From IMG/VR virus record IMGVR_UViG_3300037419_001822, positions 1 to 64,000 of that record: a stretch of 64,000 nt of DNA; one strand, given 5' to 3'. The stretch comes from a virus. The translations under genes were made by a program, and so were the position numbers. Position 1 is the stretch's first letter, and each line of letters opens with the position of its first letter. Below, in pieces: positions 8,286 to 17,539 of this stretch. Under the pieces are notes generated by a model that was given only the letters and a program-made list of their open reading frames with translations, was not told the origin of the DNA and made no database searches.

Positions 8286-9976
8286 CAGATCCTCCCGGCG
8301 GAGAAGTCGGCGATCAGGTTGGGCACGGCCGAGTCGAACCCGGCGACGTCGAGCGACAGCGGGTCGGCCGGGTCGTTGACCGTCCAGCTCGTCGCGGTCA
8401 TCCCGGCCACGATCGAGCGCGCCGGGATGCCGGTCTGCTCGCGGTAGCGCCGGATTGCCTGGTGGACGTGCACGGGTCCAGCCCAGGTCTCGTTGTCGGT
8501 CCAGGTCGACACGACGTCGAACTCGCGGCCGGTCTCCAGGGCCCACGTCCACGGCAGGGCGCAGTCGGTGCCCCCGAACGGCAGCCGGGACACGTAGGAG
8601 ATGACGTCGTCCAGGCGGCGGCGCGGCGACAGGTCCAGCGGGGTGATCCCGTTGTACTCGTTCCGCCAGCCCCAGCCGCTGCGGCTGCCGTCGCTGGTGA
8701 AGCCGACGACCTCGACGTCGGGCTCGGTCGCCATGGTGACCATCGCCATCGCCGCCGACGCCTCCCGGGGGGTGATCGGCAGCCCGGCGATGTTCTGGTA
8801 GCCCATCGACCCGGACACGTCCAGGGCGATCAGGGTCCGCTTGCCGGACGGCTCGACCCCGCCGAACGCCTGGTAGAACCCGGCGTCGAGGGCGTCGGTG
8901 ACCTGCCGGACCGGCTGCCAGGTCGCCGAGCCGCGCAGCGACCGCCCGGAGGCGTAGGTGCGCAGCGCGACGAGCACGTTGACCGGGTGCACCTTGGCCT
9001 GGGCCATGCCGGTGGCGAGCTGCTCGCAGACGTTGGCCCGCACGGCGGCGCTGGACAGCAGCCCGACCTGGGTGAGCTTCGGCAGGTTCCGCATGAGCGC
9101 GGTCTGCGGCATGCGGTGCTCCAGCAGCGCCACCCACACGGCGGGGGAGTTGAGGTGCTCGGGGATGAGCGCCTCCCATGGCAGGCCGGGGTACTGCTGG
9201 ATGAGCCGGGCGGTCTCGTTCGCGCTGGGCGAGGCCTGGGCGCGCTGGAAGCCCTCGATGAGCCGCAGGCTGTCGAACGCGGTCGGCAGCTCGGCGGTCG
9301 CGGCCGGGAGCCGCCCGCAGGCGAACTCGAACGCCAGCCGCCGGGCGATGCCCTCCTCGTCTACGACGAAGGTGTCGCCGTCCTCGTGGACGTCGATGTC
9401 GAACGTCGGGTGGGACAGGCGCAGCAGGTCGCGGTGGGTCCAGCCGTTCCGCTGCCGGTACTTGATGAGCTGGTAAGCCAGACGGTCGACCGGCTTAGAC
9501 AGGTACCACCCGCCGATGGCACGGCGGAGGCCCCGGCCCCACCCCCGGAACTGCTCGACGTACTGCGCGAACAGGAACAGGTGGGTGCCGGTGCGGGCGA
9601 CCTGCGGCAGCACGTCGAGGGCGATCGAGCGGGTCTCGTCGTCGCCGAGCCCGGCGCAGGCGGCCAGCGCGAAGATCGCCGGGTTCTGCTTCGGCGCGCG
9701 CCCGGCCGTGGAGATCATCACGATCTCGGCGACGACCTCGGGGCCCCGGGTGCGGATCAGGTCCAGCAGCGCGGTGGCGTTCTCCTTGGTCAGCTCGCGC
9801 TCGCCGGTGTAGTAGGTGCCGCCGACGGTGCCCATGACCAGGAACCGGCGCAGCCGGGCCAGCTCGTCCACGGCGAAGACGTAGCCCCCGGCCGCGTTGC
9901 GCTGCTGGCGCGGGTCGGCCTGCTCGCTCTGCACGATCGCGCGGGCCTGGATCAGCGTCAGCGGGTCGCTGGACAT
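8285..9976 (-). CDS. rsr: Ro60/TROVE-domain RNA-binding protein with vWA domain (Rsr orthologue)
   Basis: RFLVMGT.GGTYY, KYRQRNGWTHRDLLRLSH, MPQTALMRNL, MIDAS DVSGSM, GGTDCALP, TDNETW, DVAGFDS. GGAGGA RBS precedes the ATG at 9976. Confidence 0.95.
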   Translation of the reverse strand: MSSDPLTLIQARAIVQSEQADPRQQRNAAGGYVFAVDELARLRRFLVMGTVGGTYYTGERELTKENATALLDLIRTRGPEVVAEIVMISTAGRAPKQNPAIFALAACAGLGDDETRSIALDVLPQVARTGTHLFLFAQYVEQFRGWGRGLRRAIGGWYLSKPVDRLAYQLIKYRQRNGWTHRDLLRLSHPTFDIDVHEDGDTFVVDEEGIARRLAFEFACGRLPAATAELPTAFDSLRLIEGFQRAQASPSANETARLIQQYPGLPWEALIPEHLNSPAVWVALLEHRMPQTALMRNLPKLTQVGLLSSAAVRANVCEQLATGMAQAKVHPVNVLVALRTYASGRSLRGSATWQPVRQVTDALDAGFYQAFGGVEPSGKRTLIALDVSGSMGYQNIAGLPITPREASAAMAMVTMATEPDVEVVGFTSDGSRSGWGWRNEYNGITPLDLSPRRRLDDVISYVSRLPFGGTDCALPWTWALETGREFDVVSTWTDNETWAGPVHVHQAIRRYREQTGIPARSIVAGMTATSWTVNDPADPLSLDVAGFDSAVPNLIADFSAGRI

Positions 9977-10007
9977 CGGGGGTTCCTCCGTCGGGGGGGT
10001 CACGGTT

Positions 10008-10106
10008 ACGGCTCGGCAGGACCACGGGCGTGGGGGTGGCGGCCGGTGGGTTTCTTTGACAGAGAAGAGAACCGGTCGCCTCCGGCCCGTGGTCCTGCCG
10101 AGCCGT
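10008..10106 (-). ncRNA. Y RNA-like unit 4 (short, no D/T arms; anticodon-like loop CU-GUC-AA)
   Basis: Perfect 22-bp terminal inverted repeat (10008-10029/10085-10106) and Ro-type bulged helix GGGC-C-G/CGCCC. Internal hairpin UUCU-CUGUCAA-AGAA. Lies directly upstream of rsr. Confidence 0.8.
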
Positions 10107-10114
10107 GGCTTTGG

Positions 10115-10202
10115 TCCTGGCCGGGGCGGGCGTGTGAGTGGCTGCCGGTGGGTTCTTTATTCGGAAGAGAACCGGCTGCCTCCGGCCCGCCCCGGGCCAG
10201 GA
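10115..10202 (-). ncRNA. Y RNA-like unit 3 (short, no D/T arms; UU-CCG-AA segment)
   Basis: Terminal stem UCCUGGCC(C)GGGGCGGGC/GCCCGCCCCGGCCAGGA. Shares GGGCCGGAG..CCGGUUCUC and CCGG..CACGCCC with the other units. Confidence 0.8.
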
Positions 10203-10207
10203 AGTGA

Positions 10208-10356
10208 GCGAAGCGGGCGTGGTGTGCAGACCGGGGTTAAGTGCTCTACCAACTGAGCTACACCACAACCGCACCTACGTCGGTCATGGCGACGGGACTC
10301 GAACCCGCGACCCCTCCATTAGCAGTGGTAACCGGAACCGCTCCGGCCCGCTTCGC
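10208..10356 (-). ncRNA. yrlA: YrlA-like Y RNA unit 2 with circularly permuted tRNA-like domain (loop CU-GCU-AA)
   Basis: Minus-strand order: GCGAAGCGGGCCGGAG; CCA-CUGCUAA-UGG; T arm GCGGG-UUCGAGU-CCCGU; closed acceptor-like stem; D arm UAGCUC-AGUUGGUA-GAGC; CACGCCCGCUUCGC. The T arm precedes the D arm, as in YrlA. Confidence 0.88.
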
Positions 10357-10380
10357 AGTCTGTGAAGTTGTGTGGGTGTA

Positions 10381-10536
10381 GCGGGGGAAAGGGAGCGGGC
10401 GTGGTGGTGTCCACCGTCCGTTTCACATGCTCTGCCGATTGAGCTACCGGGTTCCAGGAACCCGGACGGGACTCGAACCCGCAACACTGTGCTCCCAAAG
10501 AGAACCGGAGAACTCCGGCCCGCTCCCTTTCACCGC
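10381..10536 (-). ncRNA. yrlA: YrlA-like Y RNA unit 1 with circularly permuted tRNA-like domain (UU-UGG-GA segment)
   Basis: Terminal stem GAAAGGGAGCGGGC/GCCCGCUCCCUUUC, T arm GCGGG-UUCGAGU-CCCGU, acceptor-like hairpin CCGGGUUCC-U-GGAACCCGG, D arm UAGCUC-AAUCGGCA-GAGC. Confidence 0.88.
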
Positions 10537-10580
10537 GTGTCTCAGACGTAACTACACCCGTCCAGACACCGTCAAGGCAA

Positions 10581-10865
10581 TTACGGGGTCCGTCGGCGGA
10601 TGATCCGCCGGACCTCCTTCTCCGGGATCAGGTCGCGCAGCCGGTCCCGGTCGACGTCGGTCAGGTCGTTCTCGTCGTCCAGCATCCCGTTGAGCACGTA
10701 CTCGGCCAGGGCCACGTTCAGCACGTCGCTGAGCGTCTCGCGCTGGATCTCCGAGAGGTACTTCGCGGCCCACCACAGCTCGTTGGGCACGCGCACGGAA
10801 CGCGGGGGGGTGGTGGTGGTCTCGGCGGTGGTGGCCTCGACCGAATCGGTGGTGTCGATCGGCAT
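10581..10865 (-). CDS. Ribbon-helix-helix DNA-binding protein
   Basis: PRSVRVPNELWWAAK...ETLSDVLNVALAEYV fits the RHH beta-alpha-alpha pattern. GAGGA RBS. Confidence 0.7.
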   Translation of the reverse strand: MPIDTTDSVEATTAETTTTPPRSVRVPNELWWAAKYLSEIQRETLSDVLNVALAEYVLNGMLDDENDLTDVDRDRLRDLIPEKEVRRIIRRRTP

Positions 10866-12045
10866 GGTGTCCTCGCACGGGTCGCGGTCCTGCGGGGTCG
10901 ATGACCGACCCCTCGGGGCCAAGTGTACGCGGAGCGTCCATACAGACGTCAATCGTCACGTCCCCGTGGGTGTGTCGTTACCGGGGGGGTGCTGGGGGAA
11001 GCAGGCCCCCCCGGCTATGCAGGGGCGCCGATTGTGTCGTCGTCAGCAGGCCCACCCCCATCCCGGCCAAGGCCAGTAGTCCCGCCCCGATGGCGAGGAT
11101 CCAGGTCCACTCCCCCTGGGAGGGCCCGCCGCGCGTCGTCCGGTGCCGCCCGCTCACCCGCCCCCGACCTCCCCGGTGTCGGCGGCAGCAGCACAGGCCG
11201 GGCACACGTCGAGCGGCCCGGTGATGCGCCATCCGGCCTCGGCGGCCAGCGTGCGCAGCGCGGCGAACGCCTGCTCGCGGGTGTCGGCGCGGACGTCGGC
11301 GGAGAAGTCCGGGGTGTCGCATTCGTAGTCGCAGAACAGCGCGACGTGCCGGAACGGGAACGGGTCGTCGCCGTCGAACGGGGAGGGGTGCTGCGGGTCG
11401 TTCGGGTTGGTCACCGGCGGGTCACCCTCTCCAGGATGGCGACCACAAGTACCGGCCCAAAGAGAACGATCACCAAGATCATGAGGGTCCAGACGAAGGT
11501 CATCGGAACGGGCCGTCCTTCCAGTCGACCGGCTCCTGGTACTCGGTCAGCGCGGTCTGCGGGTGGTCGTGATCCCACGGGGTCATGAGCCAGGACCGGT
11601 TGTAGTCGCCGGTCGGCCAGCGGCCGTCGCCGGGCCGGAACTCGCGGACGATCACCCGCGCCGCGTTCATCGACTCCAGCTTGACGTGGGGCTTGATCCG
11701 GCCGACGACGCGGCCGTAGCGCATGCCCGCCTCGATCGAGAAGCCGAGCACGTCGCCGACCTCGACCGGGTCGCCGACGCGCTTCGGGTACTCCCGGCCA
11801 CACAGACAGTCGCTCATCGGGTCTCCTTCCCGGAGAGGGGGACGATGTGGACGTCGGGGCGGCGGGTCGACGCCCACAGCCACAACATGGCGTCGTTCAG
11901 GCAGTCGTCGCGGTCGCAGACATGCGTCGAGGCGAACGGCTCGCCCGATTCGTAACCGGCCCGCAGATCCTCGTGCGAGCTGACGCGGCGCGTCGGCTTG
12001 TGTCGGCACGTCGGATCCGGCAGGTCGTAGCGGCTCACGATTGCC

Positions 12046-12109
12046 CCGGCGCGGTACTGGCTCCGGCGCGGTTTTGCTCCGGCGCGGTACTGCGTAGCTC
12101 CGGGGCGGT
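12046..12109. repeat. Four direct copies of CCGG(C/G)GCGGT
   Basis: Copies at 12046, 12063, 12079 and 12100 (spacings 17, 16, 21). Confidence 0.6.
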
Positions 12110-12952
12110 ATAGCCCCCGGGCACCTCCTCGATGGTGAACCGGCCGACGGTGTGGAACCCGGCGAAGATCAGTCCGCGCGGCCGGTCCTCGCCCTCGCCC
12201 TGGTCGATGATCACGTCGGGGTGGCTGTACAGGTGCCGCCGGGCGTAGCCGTGGACGGCGTGGGCGAGGCCGCCCCAGTCCCCGGCCTGGAAGACCCGGG
12301 AGGGCACGTTGTGGTTGCGGCCGATCCGGTTGTTCTCGAACGTGACCAGGTAGTGGGTCATGTCAGTTCGTCCTCCCATTCTGCTCGGGTGGTCTGGTCG
12401 ACGGTGACGCCGTCGAGGGTCTGGATCCGCCAGGCCAGGACGGCGGGGTTGTCCACGAAGAGGAACTCGGTGTAGCGGCGGGCGGCGGCCTCGCTCGGGA
12501 AGTGCTTGGCGTCGGCCCGGCGGTGCACGAGCCGCCCGTCGTGGGGGCGCTCGCCGACGAACCGCCACAGCGGGCGCTGGCCCTCCCAGTGCAGGGGGGA
12601 GCGCTTCACGGAGACGATGCGCCGGTCGGCGGGGTCGTAGTCGGTCACGGCCGCCTCTGGGGTTCGGTGAGCTGCCGGACCCGGCGGGTCAGGGCGTCGG
12701 TGGCGTAGTAGGTGCGCGCCCGGCCGGTCATCTGCCGACCGTTGGAGATGATCGTGATCCCCCCGGCGGCCCGGTCCAGCTCGGCGAGCAGCTCGTGCGG
12801 GCTGCAGCGGCAGCCCGCGCAGCACAGGTCGTCGGTCAGGGCGGAGCGGCCGTCGCGGGCGATGCACGGCGTCATGTCCGAGACGGCGCGCGGGCAGCCG
12901 ATGTGGTCGGGGTCGTCGTCGTAGCGGCCGTAGCCGCAGGTTCCTCGGGTCA

Positions 12953-13504
12953 TCAGTCGTCCACCACCGCCTCGACGGACTCGGTGCGGCCCATGCCCTC
13001 GGCGTCGGTGTAGGCGACGAAGCCGACCTTGCGCCAGTGGCCACCGGCGACGGTGTCGCTGGCCCCGCAGCCGAACATCCCGGTGCCGTGGCCCTCGTCG
13101 GACTCCGGCGTGCCGAACCGGCGCTCGTAGACGGCGATGCCGCCCTCGCCGAGCAGGTAGGCCCACTCGGTGCCGCAGTCGTCGCCGTCGGCGAGGATCC
13201 AGTCGTCGGCCGACGACTGGCCCTGGGCCGTGGTGTAGGCGGTGCCGTAGCCCGCGACGGCGGCGAACCGGCCGTCGGTGTAGCCGAAGCCGAGGCTGCT
13301 CTGCTCGCCGGACTGCTCGGGGTGCAGGCTCGACCAGCCGTAGTGCACCTGGGTCAGCGTGTGCACGGCGGTCGCGTAGCCGTCGCGGTTGACGATCCGG
13401 CGCAGGACCTCCCCGACGCCGGACGGGTAGCCGTCCCAGTGCACGTACCGGCCCTTCCAGCCGTGCTCGGCGTCGGGGATGGCGATCACGCTACGGGTTC
13501 CCAT
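12953..13504 (-). CDS. Conserved phage hypothetical protein (MGTRS...YVHWDGYP...EWAY family)
   Basis: Recognisable motif family of unknown function; GAGGAGG RBS. Confidence 0.7.
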   Translation of the reverse strand: MGTRSVIAIPDAEHGWKGRYVHWDGYPSGVGEVLRRIVNRDGYATAVHTLTQVHYGWSSLHPEQSGEQSSLGFGYTDGRFAAVAGYGTAYTTAQGQSSADDWILADGDDCGTEWAYLLGEGGIAVYERRFGTPESDEGHGTGMFGCGASDTVAGGHWRKVGFVAYTDAEGMGRTESVEAVVDD

Positions 13505-13590
13505 GTGGGAACCTCCTCTCTGTTGCGATGGGGGAAGCGGGCCGCCGGGGGCGCGGCGACGGACGGTGGCGCCCCCGGCGGCGGTCCGGG

Positions 13591-14661
13591 TCAGGCCGTG
13601 ACCAGCAGATTCCAGGTCTTGGCCTTGACGTTCTCGTCCTCACCGGCGAGGGTCCGCTCGGCGCGGGCGAACGCCTGGTCCTCGGCGCCGCGCACGCGGC
13701 GCGCCCAGTCCAGGTACTCGTAGACCGACTGGGCGGCGGCCCAGCGGGTGCGGCGGCCGAACTCGTTGGTCGGGCCGTTCCAGATGCCGAGCAGCTCCTC
13801 GTCGCGGTTGGCGACGATGGTGCGCTGCCGCTGGGAGGCGTCCTCCAGGTCCGGCACGGCGAACAACTCGTGCTGGAAGGCGAGGAACTCGCGCTCGGTC
13901 ATGGCCTCGGCGAGCAGCGCCTCGCCCTCGGCCTGGTAGCGCTCGACGTACTTCCAGGTGAGCCGCAGCGCGTCGCGGATCTCCTGGATGCGGCCGTCGG
14001 CGGACTCGGTGTGCCGGATGGACCAGCGGCCGGTCATGCCCCGGCCGAAGATGCCGTTGGCCATGTTGGTGCAGGCGAACCGCATGGGGGCGACGGAGGC
14101 GAACAGGCCGGTCGAGCCGTCGTGGCTGGAGCCGAGGATGAGGGCCAGGTCGTGGCGGTCGACGCCGCCGACGGCGAACGCGCCGAGGTCGAAGGCGAAG
14201 AAGATGCGGGAGCCGATCGGGGTGCCGTATGCGCCGACCGCGCGGAGCTGCGCGTCGTCGGCGGAGTCGATGACGCCCTGGCCGATCTCGGCGACGGTGC
14301 GGGTCTGGATCACCCGATAGCGGGAGCCGACAGGCGCGTAGGGGGTGGCGACGCCGCCCCGGTGGCCGACGGTGACCTTGTAGTCGTTGACGGGCAGATA
14401 GACGGTCTCGATCTCGCCGTGCTCGTTCATGCCCATCTGGGGGACGACGAGGTCTTCGAGGGTGACTTCGGCGTCGAGGCCGGTCTGGCGCAGCGCCTCA
14501 TCGAGGGAAGGCGGGTTCTCCCAGTAGACGCCGCCGGTCTGCTGGGCCACGGCGATGAACGGCGGGACGCGTCCGCCCATGGTGTGGCCGTTCCACCGCT
14601 CGATCGTCTCGACGGTGCCGGGGGCTTCGTCGGCGAGCGGGGAGTGGCGGTACTCGGTCAT
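13591..14661 (-). CDS. DUF932 family protein
   Basis: VGSRYRVIQ, SSHDGSTG, PMRFACTN, IRHT and GRRTRWAAAQSVYEYLD motifs. GAGGA RBS. Confidence 0.85.
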   Translation of the reverse strand: MTEYRHSPLADEAPGTVETIERWNGHTMGGRVPPFIAVAQQTGGVYWENPPSLDEALRQTGLDAEVTLEDLVVPQMGMNEHGEIETVYLPVNDYKVTVGHRGGVATPYAPVGSRYRVIQTRTVAEIGQGVIDSADDAQLRAVGAYGTPIGSRIFFAFDLGAFAVGGVDRHDLALILGSSHDGSTGLFASVAPMRFACTNMANGIFGRGMTGRWSIRHTESADGRIQEIRDALRLTWKYVERYQAEGEALLAEAMTEREFLAFQHELFAVPDLEDASQRQRTIVANRDEELLGIWNGPTNEFGRRTRWAAAQSVYEYLDWARRVRGAEDQAFARAERTLAGEDENVKAKTWNLLVTA

Positions 14662-14697
14662 GGAGTTCCTCTCGTGTCTGAACGCGTTGTTCCTACA

Positions 14698-14735
14698 GCT
14701 CAAGTATACACCCACGTAGTGGCGCGCGTCCATAC
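14698..14735 (-). promoter_or_regulatory. Repeated phage promoter GTA-TGGACG-N18-TATACT-TGAGC
   Basis: -35 at 14727-14732 and -10 at 14703-14708 (minus strand), upstream of DUF932. Confidence 0.75.
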
Positions 14736-14891
14736 GTTGGCCGGGGGGATGTGGGCGGGATCCCCCCGGCCAACGGCCCTACGCGGCGTCCGGCTTGAGC
14801 AGCTCGGCCCACTCGGCGGCGAGCTTCTCCGGGTCGATCAGCGTGTCGGCCACCACCTCGTCGTAGACCGGCGTGGTCTCCGGCTCGGCCA

Positions 14892-15734
14892 TCAGTCGAC
14901 CGGGGTCGGGATCTTCTCCGACCGGCCGATCCGGATGTACTGCGCGGTCTTGCCGCCCCGCCACAGGTTCCACGCCTTGTAGAACAGGCCCAGGTTCTGC
15001 CGGAGCTGCGCCGCGCCCGAGCTGCGCGGCGGGTCGATCATCAGCCGACGGCGCAGCGTGAAGATCGGGTTCCCGGCCGACAGGTCCGCGCCGGTGACCA
15101 GCTTCTCGAAGAAGTCGAAGGCCGCGTCCGAGTTCTTCTTGTCCAGGTAGTAGTAGGCGACGCCGTAGATCATGCCGCCGCGCAGCCCGGACGTGTAGCT
15201 GCGGCCCATGACGTAGGCGGCGTCCTCGAACGCCCCCTGCTCGGCGCGGACCTTGTCCAGCACCTCGGCCTGCGTCGGCCGGTAGCGCGGGTCGTTGGTC
15301 GGCGCGTTCTCCACCAGCAGCACGGCGCGGGCGATGGCCCCGAGCTGGCCGGGACGCACCTTCGCCAGGCCCTCCAGGTGCAGGGCGTCGGCGATGGACC
15401 GCTTCTTGCCGATGTCGGTGACGTCCTGGGCCTTCGGGTCCAGGCCGCGCACCACGAGGAGCTGCTGCGGCACGCCGGACAGGACGATGGCCTGCAGCCG
15501 GTGCTGGCCGTTGGACAGGTTGCCGTTCCAGTCGAAGCCGACGGTCTGGCCGGTCTGCAGCCAGTTCCCGGCCTTCATGTCGCGGACGTGCTGCTGGACC
15601 TCGACGTTGGACAGTGGCCGGTTGCGGTTGTTGTGCCGCAGCCACTTCTCGGCGACCTCGGGGGTGACCATCTCGAAGACGGCGGTGAGCCCGTTGGTGC
15701 TCACCGTCTGCAGATCGGTCAGGGTTGCGGTCAT
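14892..15734 (-). CDS. ParB/Srx-like N-terminal domain protein
   Basis: VTPEVAEKWL.HN.RNRPL, MKAGNW and NGQHRLQAI motifs. AGGAG RBS. Confidence 0.7.
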   Translation of the reverse strand: MTATLTDLQTVSTNGLTAVFEMVTPEVAEKWLRHNNRNRPLSNVEVQQHVRDMKAGNWLQTGQTVGFDWNGNLSNGQHRLQAIVLSGVPQQLLVVRGLDPKAQDVTDIGKKRSIADALHLEGLAKVRPGQLGAIARAVLLVENAPTNDPRYRPTQAEVLDKVRAEQGAFEDAAYVMGRSYTSGLRGGMIYGVAYYYLDKKNSDAAFDFFEKLVTGADLSAGNPIFTLRRRLMIDPPRSSGAAQLRQNLGLFYKAWNLWRGGKTAQYIRIGRSEKIPTPVD

Positions 15735-17506
15735 GCGGGTGATCTCCTGTGGGTGGGTGTCCCGCCCCGTTTGAGACGGGCTGGCGATCTGGTGAATCAC
15801 TTTGCACCGCGTGTGTGCGCCAGTCCATACACGCGAGCAAGATTGTTAGACAGCCTGGACAGCGAGCGGCACTTCGCTGCGCTGTGTAGTCAGGCGGCGG
15901 CGTGGCGCAGGGGGATCATCGGGCGGAGGCCCGTCCCTCCCCACCCTTGGCTGCGGTCGACGCGCGACAGGACAAGCAGTCGACCACTGGCTTTCACGCC
16001 ACGCCGCCAAGATCATGCGGTCTCCCTCGGATCGCCCAGGAACGGTTCGGCGATCAGCCAGACCGAGCGGCCGTGAAGGGGCGGGGTCTTGGTGCCGTCG
16101 GTGAACCACACGACGTGGCCGCCCCGGCACTTGACCCGGTTGCGCACCCTGCGGATGTGCCGTCCGCGCTGGTTCAGGTTGGGCTCGACCAGGGGGAGGC
16201 CGAAGTCCTCGCCGGTCACGTCCGTGGTGTAGACCAGCTCACCTTTCGGCAGGTGCTGGGTGTTGACGGTCATGGGCGGCATCCGTTGCCCTCGCAGTAC
16301 GAGTCGAACGGCACGCCCCCGCCCGGCCAGCAGCGGCACTCGCGCTCGGGGGTGGGGAGTTGATCTTCCGGCGGTGCCTCTTTCGCGCCATGGACGTCCA
16401 CGAGCGTGCAGATCGACGCCGGGCAGGAGAAGCAGCAGGGGAGGGTGGTTGCCCGGCAGGTCTGGGCGTCGGTCGCCCTGACCCACCCACCAGCGCGGAT
16501 CACTCGGGTCGCCTCGCCGCGCCGCCGGGACGCCTTGCGCTCGCCGGGCAGCGGGAACGGCCCCCAGCCGACCACGCGCACCTGGTCGTCCGGGTCGCGC
16601 CACCAGGCCTCGCGTGGCCACCAGGTGGCGGGCCAGAGCTTCACTGTGACGCCTCCTGCTCGCAGCGGTCGCAGGAGACCAGCGGGGTGCAGGTGCACAC
16701 CCCCTGGTCGAGCTGGCGCTGCCACTGGATGCGCTCGGTCACGCCGTGTGGCAGCAGTGAGCAGCCGTGGCTGCGCGGGATCCAGAACCGGACGTCGTCG
16801 GTGTGCGACTCGGGGCTGCCGCCGCACTCGGGGCAGAGGCCCAGCCGCATGCGCTCGATGGCGCGCGGGTGACGGTAGGTCTGGGCGCTCACTCGATGAT
16901 CCCTTCGTCCAGCAGGTCGGCGTGCGCCTCGTCGCGGATCTCTCGCCGCCGCTGCTCGGGAAGCCAGGCGTCGGGCAGGAAGCCGCCGCCGGAGAGCCAG
17001 CCGTCGAGGGCGGTCACGTAGCTGGCCAGCGCAATACCGTTGAACGCCAGCGCCACCTCCGTGTCGTCGCCCTCTTGGTCCGCCAGCTTGCGGATGTGAT
17101 CAGCCGACTGGCGGATCCGGCGCAGGGCCTCGTTGGGGTCCATCAGTCGTCCTCCTCCTCGTCCTCCACGTCGCCCTCGACGCTGATGCCGGAGAAGTAG
17201 GTGATGGTGGACAGGCCCATCGAGTCCTGGGCGCTGCCGACGCGGGAGAGGAGGTCGAGGAAGTCCTCGCCCAGCTCCTCGGCCAGGATGTAGAGGAAGG
17301 CGGCGGGGGTGTTGGCGTCGTCGTGGACGACCCCGACACAGGTGCGGCCGTACATGCCGCGCCCGGAGTAGTGGGCGCGGACGCGGGCGTTGTAGTCGAA
17401 GTCCTCGACCTGGTCCCTGATGCTGTCGAACTGGTCGCGGGTGAGTTGGATCTTGCTCATGGTGCCTCCTGGGAGTTGTGGTTAGTGGGTTGAGCCTGCT
17501 GTCTGC

Positions 17507-17539
17507 AACGTATGCCTGCGTCCTGGCGGACGTCAATAC
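17507..17539 (-). promoter_or_regulatory. Repeated phage promoter GTA-TTGACG-N18-TACGTT
   Basis: -35 at 17531-17536, -10 at 17507-17512. Confidence 0.65.

Noticed and set aside
10208-10536. Two canonical tRNA genes (GGTTCGAGTCCC and TAGCTCA motifs)
   Set aside because: The T arm lies 5' of the D arm, the acceptor stem is closed by a loop, there is no CCA end, and both are enclosed in Ro-type stems. This is YrlA architecture, not tRNA.
10008-10536. CRISPR array
   Set aside because: The units are long self-complementary hairpins of unequal length without identical direct repeats, and no cas genes are present.
10540-10580. Sigma70 promoter for the Y RNA array (TTGACG on the minus strand)
   Set aside because: No TANNNT hexamer lies at 17-18 bp spacing. 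A promoter here is plausible but cannot be supported from sequence alone.
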